Numbered from the stretch's first letter, positions 1-10,444 are shown. The stretch is DNA of 25,893 bases from Octopus sinensis (GCF_006345805.1 NW_021836105.1:1-25893), one strand, 5' to 3'. Notes: generated from the sequence alone by a model not told the origin. Translations and numbers: made by a program.

Positions 1-66
1 TATCTATCTATATATATATATATATGTATATATATATAGATGTATATAAGTATAAACTTGTATATA

Positions 67-280
67 GGTGCAGGAGTGGCTGTGTGGTAAGTAGCTTGCT
101 TACCAACCACATGGTTCTGAGTTCAGTCCCACTGTGTGGCACCTTTGGCAAGTGTCTTCTACTATAGCCTTGGGCCGACCAAAGCCTTATGAGTGCATTT
201 GGTAGATGGAAACTGAAAGAAGCCCGTCATATATATGTATGTATGTATGTTGTGTGTATATGTTTGTGCGTCTGTGTATC
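67..280 (+). mobile_element. tRNA-headed SINE family A, 5' half
   Basis: A-box-like TGGCTGTGTGG, B-box-like GAGTTCAGTCCC; near-identical to 24225-24430; ends in the family's internal TA/TG microsatellite. Confidence 0.8.
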
Positions 281-471
281 TTAAAAACTGATGATGTCAT
301 TCCATCAACGTGTGGACGCTGGTTACTCTCGTTCATACTTTACGTTTAAATTTCTGTAAATTTGAATTTTTATCACTTCTTATTTTGAACTTGACAAAGA
401 CAGACGTACTGTTGAAATATCGTTCAACTTATAAAATATATTACAATTGAATTGTGCTCTTCATCTTGACT
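281..471 (+). mobile_element. Penelope-like pseudo-LTR/3' end fragment
   Basis: Contains hammerhead fold 385-427; terminus 451-471 matches the reverse complement of 6998-7018 at 20/21 nt; abuts a (TAA)n tract. Confidence 0.5.
385..427 (+). ncRNA. Minimal type-I hammerhead ribozyme fold, U3:A8 core variant
   Basis: Stem I TTGAAC(385-390)/GTTCAA(422-427); core TTGACAA plus extra A; stem II GACAG/CTGTT; GAAA; palindromic ATAT helix III; AUC cleavage triplet ending at 421. Confidence 0.6.
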
Positions 472-523
472 AATAATAATAATATTAATAATAACAATAA
501 TAATAATAACAACAACAACAACA

Positions 524-664
524 ACATTGAAAATTACCTTAGGAATGAGAACCCAGGTTTGAAATTTCCCCAAGACACCTTATGAAGGCTGGGGGGTATA
601 TCAGCCGAAATGCGTTAACAACAAACAAGATGAGGACAAATATCCATTGAATGTAAATAATGCA
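524..664 (+). mobile_element. Family H body (headless copy) with degenerate hammerhead at 574-617
   Basis: Homologous to 7118-7258; core CTTATGA (G5 lost) and a deletion in helix III. Confidence 0.7.
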
Positions 665-878
665 TTGCTTTTGTTTCAGTTAATTTTGAAAATAAAGAAT
701 TTGGTAAAATAAATTTACTTATTAAGCTAGTGTTTGGGACGAAGATTAACATGAAATTTTTATGGGATATTTTAACTTAGATTGCTTTAACCTTTTCGTT
801 GCCATATATCCCTTGAATTGACCTTGTTTCAATTAAAGCTGGTGTTTGGGGCAAAATTTAGTGTGGAATTTTGATGGT

Positions 879-1104
879 TTAACTCTTTAGCACTTAAACC
901 AACCATATCCAAGCCAAATATTCTTCCTGTTTTAAACCAGCCAGATCTGTCCTCTTACACCTACCCAACAATGCCATCCAGAAAATAAAGTCACATTATT
1001 GAAATCTGAAATCTACAAAATAATGCATTTGTAATTAAAAATAATGTGCATATATGTATATAGGCATTACATTTGACAGAGTAATTTGATTGTTACAGGG
1101 CTAA
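879..1104. mobile_element. Degenerate piggyBac-like MITE
   Basis: TTAA at 879-882, CTAA at 1101-1104; degenerate terminal inverted repeats CTCTTTAGCA / TGTTACAGGG (7/10). Confidence 0.35.
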
Positions 1105-1135
1105 ACTGGTGAATCCTGCCTTTTCACACGATCTG

Positions 1136-1430
1136 ATTAACCCTGAGCATGTAAGCAAAGAAGGGTTATTGTAGACGCTCATTTTTGTCTGTGTGTTTGC
1201 AAACTTACTGGAAAATGGCTGAACGGATTTCCACCAAACTTTGCAGAAATACTCGTTGGGTAAGTGGCTCAAACTCATTAAATTTTGGTTTGATTATCTT
1301 GAAAACTATCAAAATGTTTTTTTTCTTTGTTACAAATGTATGAATGATAAGCAGGGAATATATTTATTAAATTAAATATTTTATTCTTGTGTGTGCACCG
1401 GGTATGCATCACCCCTCCGATGCCTCTTTT
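1136..1430 (+). mobile_element. Helentron-associated non-autonomous element (HINE-like), degenerate
   Basis: 5' stem TAACCCT...AGGGTTA; body GGCTGAACGGATTTCCACCAAACTT...CATTAAATTTTGG resembles HINE cores from recall; T-rich end. Confidence 0.4.
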
Positions 1431-1719
1431 TTTTCCATTAGAATTAAAGTGAACATCTCAGGAGTTGGGAACAAACTTGGTTGTCTCTTTGATGGAGCAT
1501 CACATGGCAGAACCACAGATATTGTTTCTTCTGATGTTCTTGAATGAAGAAGTGGACATTATTGCATTTCACTGCAGGAATGTCTGAGCAAGATGCCAAT
1601 TCTTGATGTATGTGTGATGCAGTATCTATATCAAAGCATTATATTGCATTGATACCATACCTTAGTACTGCCGGCTGCATTTGCTAGTCTACGTTTTATC
1701 TATACACATCTATATATAT

Positions 1720-1755
<36 letters not shown>

Positions 1756-1875
1756 GACTCAAACGACACCCATGTAGACAAAGTTTATAGTATAAATTAC
1801 CTTTATATATATAAGCATATGTGTATATATATATATATATATATAATATATCAATTTAATTAAATTTTTAATTTG

Positions 1876-2240
1876 TTACTCTGTCACATTCATCATATTT
1901 GTATCTTCTCCTTCCTCTTCTTCCTTCCTCCTCTTCTTTTTTTTCTTCTCTTCTTCCTCTTTTTCTTCTTCTTCCTCTTTTTTTCTTCTGCTTGTTCTTG
2001 CTCTTCTTCTTCGTCTTCTTCCCCTTCTTCTTCTCATCCACTTCTTCCTCCTCCTCTTCTTCTCTTTTTCTTCTTCTTCCTCTTCTTCTTCTTCTTCTCT
2101 TTTTCTTCTTCTTCCTCTTCTTCTTCTTCTTCCTCCTCTTCTTCTTCCAATTCTACTTCTCATCCTCTTCTTCCTCCTCCTCTTCTTCTCCCTCCTCTTC
2201 TCTTCCTTTTCTTCCCCCCTCCTCCTCATCTTCTTCTTCA
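1876..2240. repeat. (CTT)n/(CCT)n homopyrimidine tract
   Basis: About 365 bp almost purely C/T on the + strand. Confidence 0.95.
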
Positions 2241-2449
2241 CTTATGTATACGAGTACATAAACTATGTGTGTAAATGCACACACACACACACACATACAC
2301 ACATGCATGCACATGTATATATATGCATAGATATATTTATACGCATTTATACACACACACACACACACATGGGTATAAGTTTGCACATGTATATACATAC
2401 ATATCCATACACCTCAGTATTTATTTATATGTGGTTTTATATATATATA

Positions 2450-2471
2450 CATACGTATATATATGTGTATA

Positions 2472-2511
<40 letters not shown>

Positions 2512-2790
2512 TAGGTTTATATATGTATGTGTATATATATATATATATATATACATACGTTTATATATGTATGTGTGTATATATATATATACATACGTTT
2601 ATATATGTATGTGTGTATATATATATATATATACATACGTTTATATATGTATGTGTGTATATATATATATATACATACGTTTATATATGTATGTGTGTAT
2701 ATATATATATATATACATACGTTTATATATGTATGTGTGTATATATATATGTATATATATACACATACGTTTATATGTGTGTGTGTATAT
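2450..2790. repeat. Compound minisatellite CATACGTTTATATATGTATGTGTG(TA)n, about 7 units
   Basis: CATACGT anchor recurs roughly every 38-50 bp with a variable TA run. Confidence 0.9.
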
Positions 2791-2828
2791 ATGTATGTTG
2801 CTACAATATATTACGATATAATATATAG

Positions 2829-3035
2829 TGTTTCGCGCCTTCTAACCTAACCAGAACATCATGGCATCACCAGGCAGCAATCTCTCTCCAAGACAATGGT
2901 AAGGTGATAGGCCAGTATATTTGAATGTGTTTCTTATATTAAATAACTGTCAGCTTCTATGTCTGCCTACATCCACCTCGGAACTCCGGAGACATGGACA
3001 ATGTTCTTATATTGTAATTTAGCAATATTATCTGG
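2829..3035 (-). mobile_element. Possible 3' end of a second Penelope-like element
   Basis: Minus frame IILLNYNIRTLSMSPEFRGGCRQT*KL fits the spacing of the PLE C-terminal motif LNxxxExxxxCRHxxK; followed by hammerhead-like CTGGTGA-TGCC...GGCG-C-GAAAC. Confidence 0.4.
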
Positions 3036-3461
3036 GTATGCAAGTGTGAGTGTCTGAATATGTGTGTGTGCGCATGTGTGTGTGTGTTTGTGTGTGTGAG
3101 AGAGAGAGAGTGTATATACATGTGTATGTATATATATGAGTGTGTGAATATATGTATATACAAACCTGTATGAATGCGTATATATGAATATATATATGTG
3201 TATATATATATATATAGAGAGAGAGAGAGACGCACTCACATACACACGTGTATGAATTTGTGTGAGCATGTATATATATATACACACACACATGTATGTA
3301 TACACATATGTATGCATATACCTATATATATATAAATATACAAATGTGTATATATACACGTTTGTATGTGTGTGTGTGTGTCTGTGTGAAAATATATATA
3401 GATATATAATCATATATAAGTTTAGTATTCATATACATATATTATGTGTGTATATATACGA

Positions 3462-3532
<71 letters not shown>

Positions 3533-3809
3533 CATGTGTGTATACATAAATAGACATATAATGATAAAATCATGAACACAAACACTTCAGAAATACATTT
3601 ACCTTCACACACACACAAAACTACACACACACACACACACACACACACGGACACAACCCAGTGTCAGTGTTATAAAGCTTAATCCAAAATCATATACATA
3701 CCCCAGTATGTGAGAGCTAGGTATCTATCTTTATATATATATATATACCCTGGGGTACTCTGACAGTAACTGACAAAATGATGCTGCAAACATGCACTGA
3801 ATAGAATGA

Positions 3810-4655
3810 TATGTGTGTATTTGTGTGTGTGTATGTGTGTGTGTGTGTATTTGTGTGTGTGTGTGTGTGTATTTGTGTGTGTGTATTTGTGTGTGTGTGT
3901 GTATTTGTGTGTGTGTGTATGTGTGTGTGTGTATTTGTGTGTGTGTGTATTTGTGTGTGTATTTGTGTGTGTGTGTATTTGTGTGTGTGTATTTGTGTGT
4001 GTGTGTGTGTATTTGTGTGTGTGTATGTGTGTGTGTATTTGTGTGTGTGTGTGTGTATTTGTGTGTGTGTATTTGTGTGTGTGTGTATTTGTGTGTGTGT
4101 GTGTGTATTTGTGTGGTGTGTATTTGCGTGTGTGTGTGTGTGTGGTGTGTGTATTTGTGTGTGTGTGTATTTGTGTGTGTGTATGTGTGTGTTGTATTTG
4201 TGTGTGTGTGTATGTGTGTGTGTATTTGTATTTGTGTGTGTGTGTTATTTGTGTGGTGTGTGGTTTGTGATTGTGTGTGATGTATTGTGTGTGTGTGTGT
4301 ATTTGTGTGTTGTGTGTGTGTGTGTTGTGTGTGTGTGTTGTGTGTGTGGTGTGTGTGTGTATTTGTGTGTGTGTATGTGTGTGTTGTGTATTTTGTGTGT
4401 GTATTGTGGTTGTGTGTATTTGTGTGTGTGTGTATTTGTGTGTGTGTGTGTGTATTATTTGTGTGTGTGGTGTGTGTATTTGTGTGTGTGTGTGTGTGTG
4501 TATTTGTGTTGTGTATGTGTGTGTATTGTCTGGTGTGTGTATATTGTGTGTGTGTGGTATTTATGTGTGTTGTTATTTGGTGTGTGTGTGTGTGTGTATT
4601 TGTGTGTGTGTGTGTGTGTGTGTATTTGTGTGTGTGTGTTTTTGTGTGTGTGTAC
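3810..4655. repeat. (GT)n tract punctuated by ATTT
   Basis: About 850 bp of GTGT...GTATTT units. Confidence 0.95.
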
Positions 4656-5167
4656 ATATACATACGTATATATTTTTTATGTGCTTTGAATGTACGTACA
4701 TCTGTATGTACATGTATATTTTTCTGCTTGTGTATGTGTATGTATATATGGATATGCATATATATATACGTATATATATGCAGGTATATATATATGTATG
4801 TGAATGCTTAGATGTCTATCAATAAATGAATTTCGTCATGTGCATGTATATATCTGTATACATATATATGTGTTTATGTTGATATATGTGTATATGTGTG
4901 TGTGAGTATAAATATATGTATGTAATATGTATATATATTTATATAGGTTTATGCTTTTGCAGACATATATATACTATATATATATATATACACACACACA
5001 CATATATGCATATACACATACACATATATATATACACACACACACATACCATATATATGCACATGTATATTATATGTAATATATATTATATACATACATA
5101 TATACATAGATATATATATATATAAAAATAAATATATATATATATATATTCATACATACATATATAC

Positions 5168-5198
<31 letters not shown>

Positions 5199-5420
5199 GT
5201 ATTATATATTATATATATATATATATATATATGAAGATCTAATGAAAGAAACATCATGACCAGTCACAATGGCACTCACCAAAATCTAATATGCAAATAA
5301 AAAAAGAATTCAGATGGATATCGGAGGACTCACTGTACCCCCCCCCCCCAAATCCCCCCTGATTGGGGGGGATGACGATGGTGGTGGGGATGGAAAAAAT
5401 AATTTTGCAATTTTCTGTCA

Positions 5421-5465
<45 letters not shown>

Positions 5466-5481
5466 TATATAATGCATGTAT

Positions 5482-5512
<31 letters not shown>

Positions 5513-5979
5513 GCATATGTATGTGGTATTTATACACCACACATACACATATATATATACATACATGCATATATACATACATATATATATATATATATAT
5601 GTGTATATATATATATAAGGAAACAAAATGCTTACACACACAGACTCTGTATATACAAACACACACTCGCACACACTTATTCTGTCCCATCCACCCGCCT
5701 ACGCATGCACATACACACAGACACAAACACACACATACACAGGTTCAGATAAAAATAAATCTCTTTGCCACCAGCTACACTAACGACAACAGCATCAACA
5801 ACAAGAAGAGACATAAAGTGTTATAAAAAGAGACGGCGAAAACGGAGCCACACACAAGTTATATAACTTGAATGAAATAAAGTAGAAGTGACATTATATG
5901 AAGTGCAATAATAATAACAATAATAATAATAATAATAGTAATAATAATAATAATAATAATAATATTGATAATAATATAT

Positions 5980-6331
5980 AACAAGAGCACTGAGTGAGCA
6001 CAACCTCCACCAACATCGTCTCAATGATTGGCCGGAGATGATTTTTAAAATGAGAATATCTGAAATAAACTCAACTGCTCTCACAAACGAGAATACTAAA
6101 AATGAACCCAACTGCTCTCAAAAATTAAGTAAAAAAACAGGAAAGATAATCCAGAATCCTTGTCCGGTACCAGATTGATCCTAAAATCTAAGCAGTTCAT
6201 GCAATCATGAGGCCAAACATCCCTGAAAGTTTCATCTGAATCCATCCAGCAGTTCTTGAGATATCTTGTTCATGGACAAACAAACAAACACAATTGAAAA
6301 AATACCTCCACCTTCACTAAACATAGGTAAT
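5980..6331 (-). mobile_element. HINE/Helentron-type non-autonomous element, copy 1
   Basis: Tandem paralog of 6354-6722; terminal hairpin damaged; lies in (TAA)n. Confidence 0.6.
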
Positions 6332-6353
6332 GATAATAATGATAATAATATAT

Positions 6354-6722
6354 AACAAGAGCACTCAGAGAGTACAAACCTCCACCAAGACAACACTAAA
6401 GCCCCCTCAATGTTTAACCAGAGATGATTTTTAAAATGAGAATATCTGAAATAAAGTCAACTGCTCTCACAAACGAGAATACTAAAAATGAACCTGACTG
6501 CTCTCAAAAATTAAGTAAAAAAAAAATAGAAAAATAATCCAGAATCCTTGTCCGGTACTGGATCGATCCCAAAATCTAATCAGTTTGTGCCAGTCTTGAG
6601 GCCAAAGGTGCCTGAAAATTTCATTGGAATCCATCCAGCAGTTCTTGAGATATCTTGTCCATGGACAAACAAACATGACTGAAAAACAATACCTCCACCT
6701 TCGCTAAGGTGGAGGTAATAAT
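6354..6722 (-). mobile_element. HINE/Helentron-type non-autonomous element, copy 2
   Basis: 12-bp hairpin TACCTCCACCTT-cgct-AAGGTGGAGGTA (6690-6717); the same ACCTCCACC recurs subterminally near 6380; minus-strand end GAGTGCTCTTGTT. Confidence 0.65.
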
Positions 6723-6767
6723 AATAATAATGAAGATGAGGAGGAGGAGGAGGATTTTTTTTATTAG

Positions 6768-6870
6768 CTAAGGTATTTTTCGATATTATTATTCAGGTCA
6801 CTGCCTGGAATTGAATTATGGAATCATGGGGTTAGTAGCCTGCGTTCTTAACCACTATGCCATATGCCCA
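6768..6870 (-). mobile_element. Family H inverted partial copy (tRNA head, short TAA linker, start of body)
   Basis: Reverse complement reads head, then GACCTGAATAATAATATCGAAAAATACCTTAG; forms a palindrome with the next copy. Confidence 0.75.
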
Positions 6871-6962
6871 TGGGCATATGGCATAGTGGTTAAGACCGCA
6901 GGTAACTAACCCCATGATTCCGAGTTTGATTCCAGGCAGTGACCTGAATAAAAATAAAAATG

Positions 6963-6997
<35 letters not shown>

Positions 6998-6998
<1 letters not shown>

Positions 6999-7042
6999 GT
7001 CAAGACGAAGAGCACAATCAAATCGTGCTCTTCGTCTTGACT
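6998..7042. repeat. Perfect 18-bp inverted repeat, 9-nt loop
   Basis: AGTCAAGACGAAGAGCAC (6998-7015) / GTGCTCTTCGTCTTGACT (7025-7042). Confidence 0.9.
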
Positions 7043-7167
7043 GTTTAACTTTGTGAAGAGTTAAGTCAATCCTTTTTTAAAATATAATAATAATAATAAT
7101 AATAATAATGATAATAGCATCGAAAACTACCTTAGGAATGAGAACCCCCGGTTCAAAATTTCCCCAA

Positions 7168-7213
7168 GACACCTGATGAAGGCTGGAGAATATATCAGCT
7201 GAAACGTTGTGTT
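7168..7213 (+). ncRNA. Minimal type-I hammerhead ribozyme fold with intact core
   Basis: Stem I GACAC/GTGTT; CTGATGA 7173-7179; extra A; stem II GGCTG/CAGCT; GAAA 7201-7204; palindromic AACGTT helix III; GUU triplet ending at 7208. Confidence 0.7.
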
Positions 7214-7440
7214 AACAACAAACAAGATGAGGACAAATATCTGTCAAAATGTAAATGATATATATATGACTAGTATATACTGAAAAGTGACACAGATCTG
7301 CAGCAAATGTACAGTGTCGCAGCAAAGAACTGGTTTGCTGCTATACAAAATGGTTGGAAGTCAATAAACGAACTTCATCACAGCTGACAGTCAACCATTC
7401 CTTCACAAATTTACAATAATAATAATAATAATAATAATAA

Positions 7441-7650
7441 TGAGCCTTTCTGCTGAAGGCACAAGGCCTGAAGTTTTGGGAGGAGGGGACTTGTTGATTA
7501 CATTGGCCCCAGGGTAATAAAGATAATAATAATATATTCTACTATTACCACAAGGTCTGGAATTTGGGGGAGGGGAGAGTCAGTTACATCGACCCCCCAG
7601 TGCTCCACTGGTACTTAATTTATTGACCCGAAAAGGATGGAAGGCTAGGT
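7441..7650 (-). mobile_element. SINE family B variant, two partial 3' fragments
   Basis: GATTACATCGACCCC...CTGGTACTTAATTTAT.GACCC core shared with family B copies. Confidence 0.6.
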
Positions 7651-8088
7651 CGACCCCAAAAGAATGAAAGGCTAAGTCAACCCCAAAGGATGGAAAGCTA
7701 AGTCATCCCCAAAAGGATTCAAGGCAAAGTCGACCCCAAAAGGATGGAAAGCTAAGTCATCCCCAAAAGGATTCAAGGCAAAGTCGACCCCAAAAGGATG
7801 GAAAGCTAAGTCATCCCCAAAAGGATGAAAGGCTAAGTCAACCCCAAAGGATGGAAAGCTAAGTCATCCCCAAAAGGATTCAAGGCAAAGTCGACCCCAA
7901 AAGGATGGAAGGCTAAGTCAACCCCAAATGGATGGAAGGCTAAGTTGACCCCAAAAGGATTGAAGGCTAAGTTGACCCCAAAAGGATGGAAGGCAAAAAT
8001 GACCCCAAAAGAATGGAAGGCTAAGTCGACCCCAAAAGAATGGAAAGCTAAGTCGACCCCAAAAGAATTGAATGCTAAGTTGACCCCA
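7623..8088. repeat. 27-bp minisatellite, 17 units plus a partial, derived from SINE B
   Basis: Unit TCGACCCCAAAAGGATGGAAGGCTAAG corresponds to the SINE B segment TCGACCCCGAAAGGATGAAAGGCAAAG. Confidence 0.9.
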
Positions 8089-8254
8089 TGCACCTTCACT
8101 GGGTCCACACTAGCAAAATAGTAAACCAGGGATCCACAGTAATATTTTAAGTGTATCTATTGCAAGAAACAGCTAAGTCACAATCTTTTGGTATTGGTAT
8201 ACAATGTTGTTCACCCTCGCAACATCCCCACATATCATGATAATGATAATAATT

Positions 8255-8706
8255 ATTTCAAATTTTTGTCACAAGGGCAGCTTGTGGGAGGTGAGGATGA
8301 GGCTATTACATGCACCCCAGTGTTCAACTGGTACTTATTTTATCGACCCCAGGAGGATGAAAGGCAAAGTCAACCTTGGCAGAATTTTAACTCAGAACAT
8401 AGCGACAGACGAAATACCACTAAGCATTTTGTTCAGTGCGCTAATGATTCTGCCAGCTCAATGCCTTCAACAATAATAATAATAATAATAATAATAGTTT
8501 AAAATTTTTTATTGCCACAAGGGCAGGTTGGTGAGGATGAGTCGATTACATTGACCCCTATTGTTCAAATGGTACTTAATTTATCAACTCCCAAAGGATG
8601 AAAGGCAAAGTTGACCTTGGTGGAATTTTAACTCAGAACGTAACAGCAGACGAAATACCACAATGCATTTCGTTCAGCATGCTAATGATTCTGCCAGCTC
8701 ACCACC
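8255..8706 (-). mobile_element. Two head-to-tail SINE family B variant copies (about 8255-8465 and 8498-8706) in (TAA)n
   Basis: Both carry GATGAAAGGCAAAGT...AACTCAGAAC...GACGAAATACC...GATTCTGCCAGCTC. Confidence 0.75.
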
Positions 8707-8746
<40 letters not shown>

Positions 8747-8753
8747 TTTTTAA

Positions 8754-8997
8754 TCAACCAAATATGAGCCATTTTGTTGCACAATGCGTCTCCATCTTTC
8801 CTTTAACTTGAAAATACCCTCTTCCCAGAATTGAGGTGGTTTCATGGCAAAAGAATTCATCAAGGTATCTTTTTATGTCATCCAAGGATTTGAAATTTTT
8901 ACCATTAAGACTATTCTGCAGAGACCTGAATAAGTGGAAATCCGAAGGAGCAATATCTGCCGAGCTGCAGCAATTTTTGTCTGGTTCCCAAAGCATC
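8754..8997 (-). mobile_element. Mariner transposase C-terminal relic
   Basis: DIAPSDFHLFRSLQNSLNGKNF (mariner YSPDLAPSD motif region); upstream HPPYSP segment deleted; frameshifted. Confidence 0.85.
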
Positions 8998-9114
8998 AAG
9001 TGCTGAAAATGAACTTTCTTATCTTCTATTTTAAAGGGTTACAGAATTAACACAGGTTATAGGAACATAAACCTTCTTCCACGAAAAGATAGCTTAAACT
9101 GTGCTCTAAATGGA

Positions 9115-9594
9115 GGTGTAGTCAAATCCTATTTTATGGACTCAACCATGTTCTAAAATAAGTCGAAAGGTAAGCTCTACTATAAATCAGCATGAACTTT
9201 CCAGACAACCCAATACATCATAGGTTAATGGGTGTAAAACAAAATATAAATTTTGAGAGAAGTTTTTTTATAAAATTAAGTTTTATACATCTAATGTTGA
9301 TGAGGGTCCACCAGAATGAAATAGTAATCAAAGGGATCCATAGATAAAAAAATGGTTGAGAACCCCTGTTTTAGATGTATGTATTGGTATGAATCGCAAG
9401 AAACATCAGGGTTTCCTTCTCTAACAGTTTACATAATTCTATCTACACAAGTTATGTGTGTGATGAGCAAAAGAGGAATTTTGAAAGAAGTTGCTATATA
9501 ACTGGGTTTTAAACATCGAATGTCTATAGGGGTCCATCAAAATAAAATCGTAATCAAAGGGGTCCATAAGGTAAAAATTTGTTGGGAACCAATG
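9115..9594. mobile_element. hAT-like MITE remnants (ends at 9368 and 9594)
   Basis: Two homologous ends GGTCCA...GTAATCAAAGGG.TCCAT...GGTTGAGAACCCCTG and GTTGGGAACCAATG. Confidence 0.4.
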
Positions 9595-9695
9595 ACTTTC
9601 GTAGATGTGTTCCTCGTTCAGGAGGGCTGTAGTTGAGCTCATAGTCTTCTCTGAAGGTCAGTGGAAATATGATAACGACATACAGAATATGTCGT

Positions 9696-10082
9696 TAGCC
9701 AGATGGAAGAGATGTCTTCCTAGGGCTATAAACATCAGTAGCACTGTCCTGTACAGGATGCCACACTTGGTTGGCAATTATATGTTACGATTCCATATTG
9801 CTACTGTTTACGACTCGCTCAGAGATTTAATATAGCTTATTTCCCCTTTTTCGAGATCAGCGATGGTTTGTTGCTGGAAAAAGCATATAGTATTTTGCAA
9901 GTAGGGTGAGTTTTCAACACTAGCTGGTGATAAACACAGGCTGAGGACAGGTAACTATTCAGAAACCCAAGTCTGTGTGTATCACGTAGCCAGCTGGAAG
10001 AGATGTCTTCCTGGGGCTATAAATGTCAGTAGCACTGTCCTGTATACAACGCCACATTTGCTTGGCAATTATATGTTATGAT
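9696..10082. repeat. 96-bp direct repeat (9696-9791 and 9987-10082); possible Tc1-like N-terminal relic on the minus strand
   Basis: Period 291 bp; minus frames QQTIADLEKGEISY and HIIAKQ...PRKTS loosely resemble the Tc1 HTH and GRPR hook. Confidence 0.55.
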
Positions 10083-10112
10083 ATATAAATATATATATAT
10101 ATATTTATATGT

Positions 10113-10444
10113 GAAGGTACATGGCTCAGTGGTTAGAGTGTTGAGCTTACGATCATGAAGTCGTGAGTTCAAATCCCGGACCGGGCTCCATGTTGTGTTC
10201 TTGAGCAAGACACTTTATTTCACATTGCTCCAGTTCACTCAGCTGTAGAAATGAGTTGCAACATCACTGATGCCAAGCTGTATCGGCCCCTTTGCCTTTC
10301 CCTTGGATAACACTGGTGGTGTGGAGGGGGGAGGCCAGTATGCATGGGTGACTGCTGGTCTTCCATAAACAATCTTGTCCGGACTTGTGCCTGGGAGGGT
10401 AACTCTCTAGGAGCAGTGCATCAGTCATGACCGAAGGGGGTCTC
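10113..10444 (+). mobile_element. tRNA-headed SINE family E, apparently full length
   Basis: A box TGGCTCAGTGG, B box GAGTTCAAATCC, central CTTGAGCAAGACACTTTA domain. Confidence 0.75.

Larger units (their letters stand above)
6872..7258 (+). mobile_element. Family H: tRNA-derived head, (TAA)n, hammerhead-bearing body
   Basis: A box TGGCATAGTGG 6879-6889, B box GTTTGATTCC 6924-6933, TAA linker, body with hammerhead 7168-7213. Confidence 0.75.

Noticed and set aside
1578-1607. 30-nt microexon ECLSKMPILD with AG/GT borders
   Set aside because: Easily arises by chance; surrounding frame (TDIVSSDV..SGHYCISL) hints at a decayed retroelement instead
2855-3035. Two plus-strand exons (TSWHHQAAISLQDN / ASMSAYIHLGTPETW...)
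   Set aside because: Needs a 55-bp intron, no homology recognised; minus-strand PLE C-terminal reading explains the segment at least as well; not fully excluded
5855-5870. 16-bp perfect palindrome CAAGTTATATAACTTG
   Set aside because: Expected by chance in 26 kb of AT-rich DNA
6872-6946. Genuine tRNA gene
   Set aside because: Acceptor stem does not pair; continues into a repeat body; multiple diverged copies
7318-7405. Two 8-bp hairpins (GCAGCAAA/TTTGCTGC; AATGGTTG/CAACCATT)
   Set aside because: No recognisable RNA motif or second copy to show covariation
7623-8088. CRISPR-like array or 9-aa repeat protein (GVDLAFHPF)
   Set aside because: No unique spacers; unit derives from a SINE; 26-bp units break the frame
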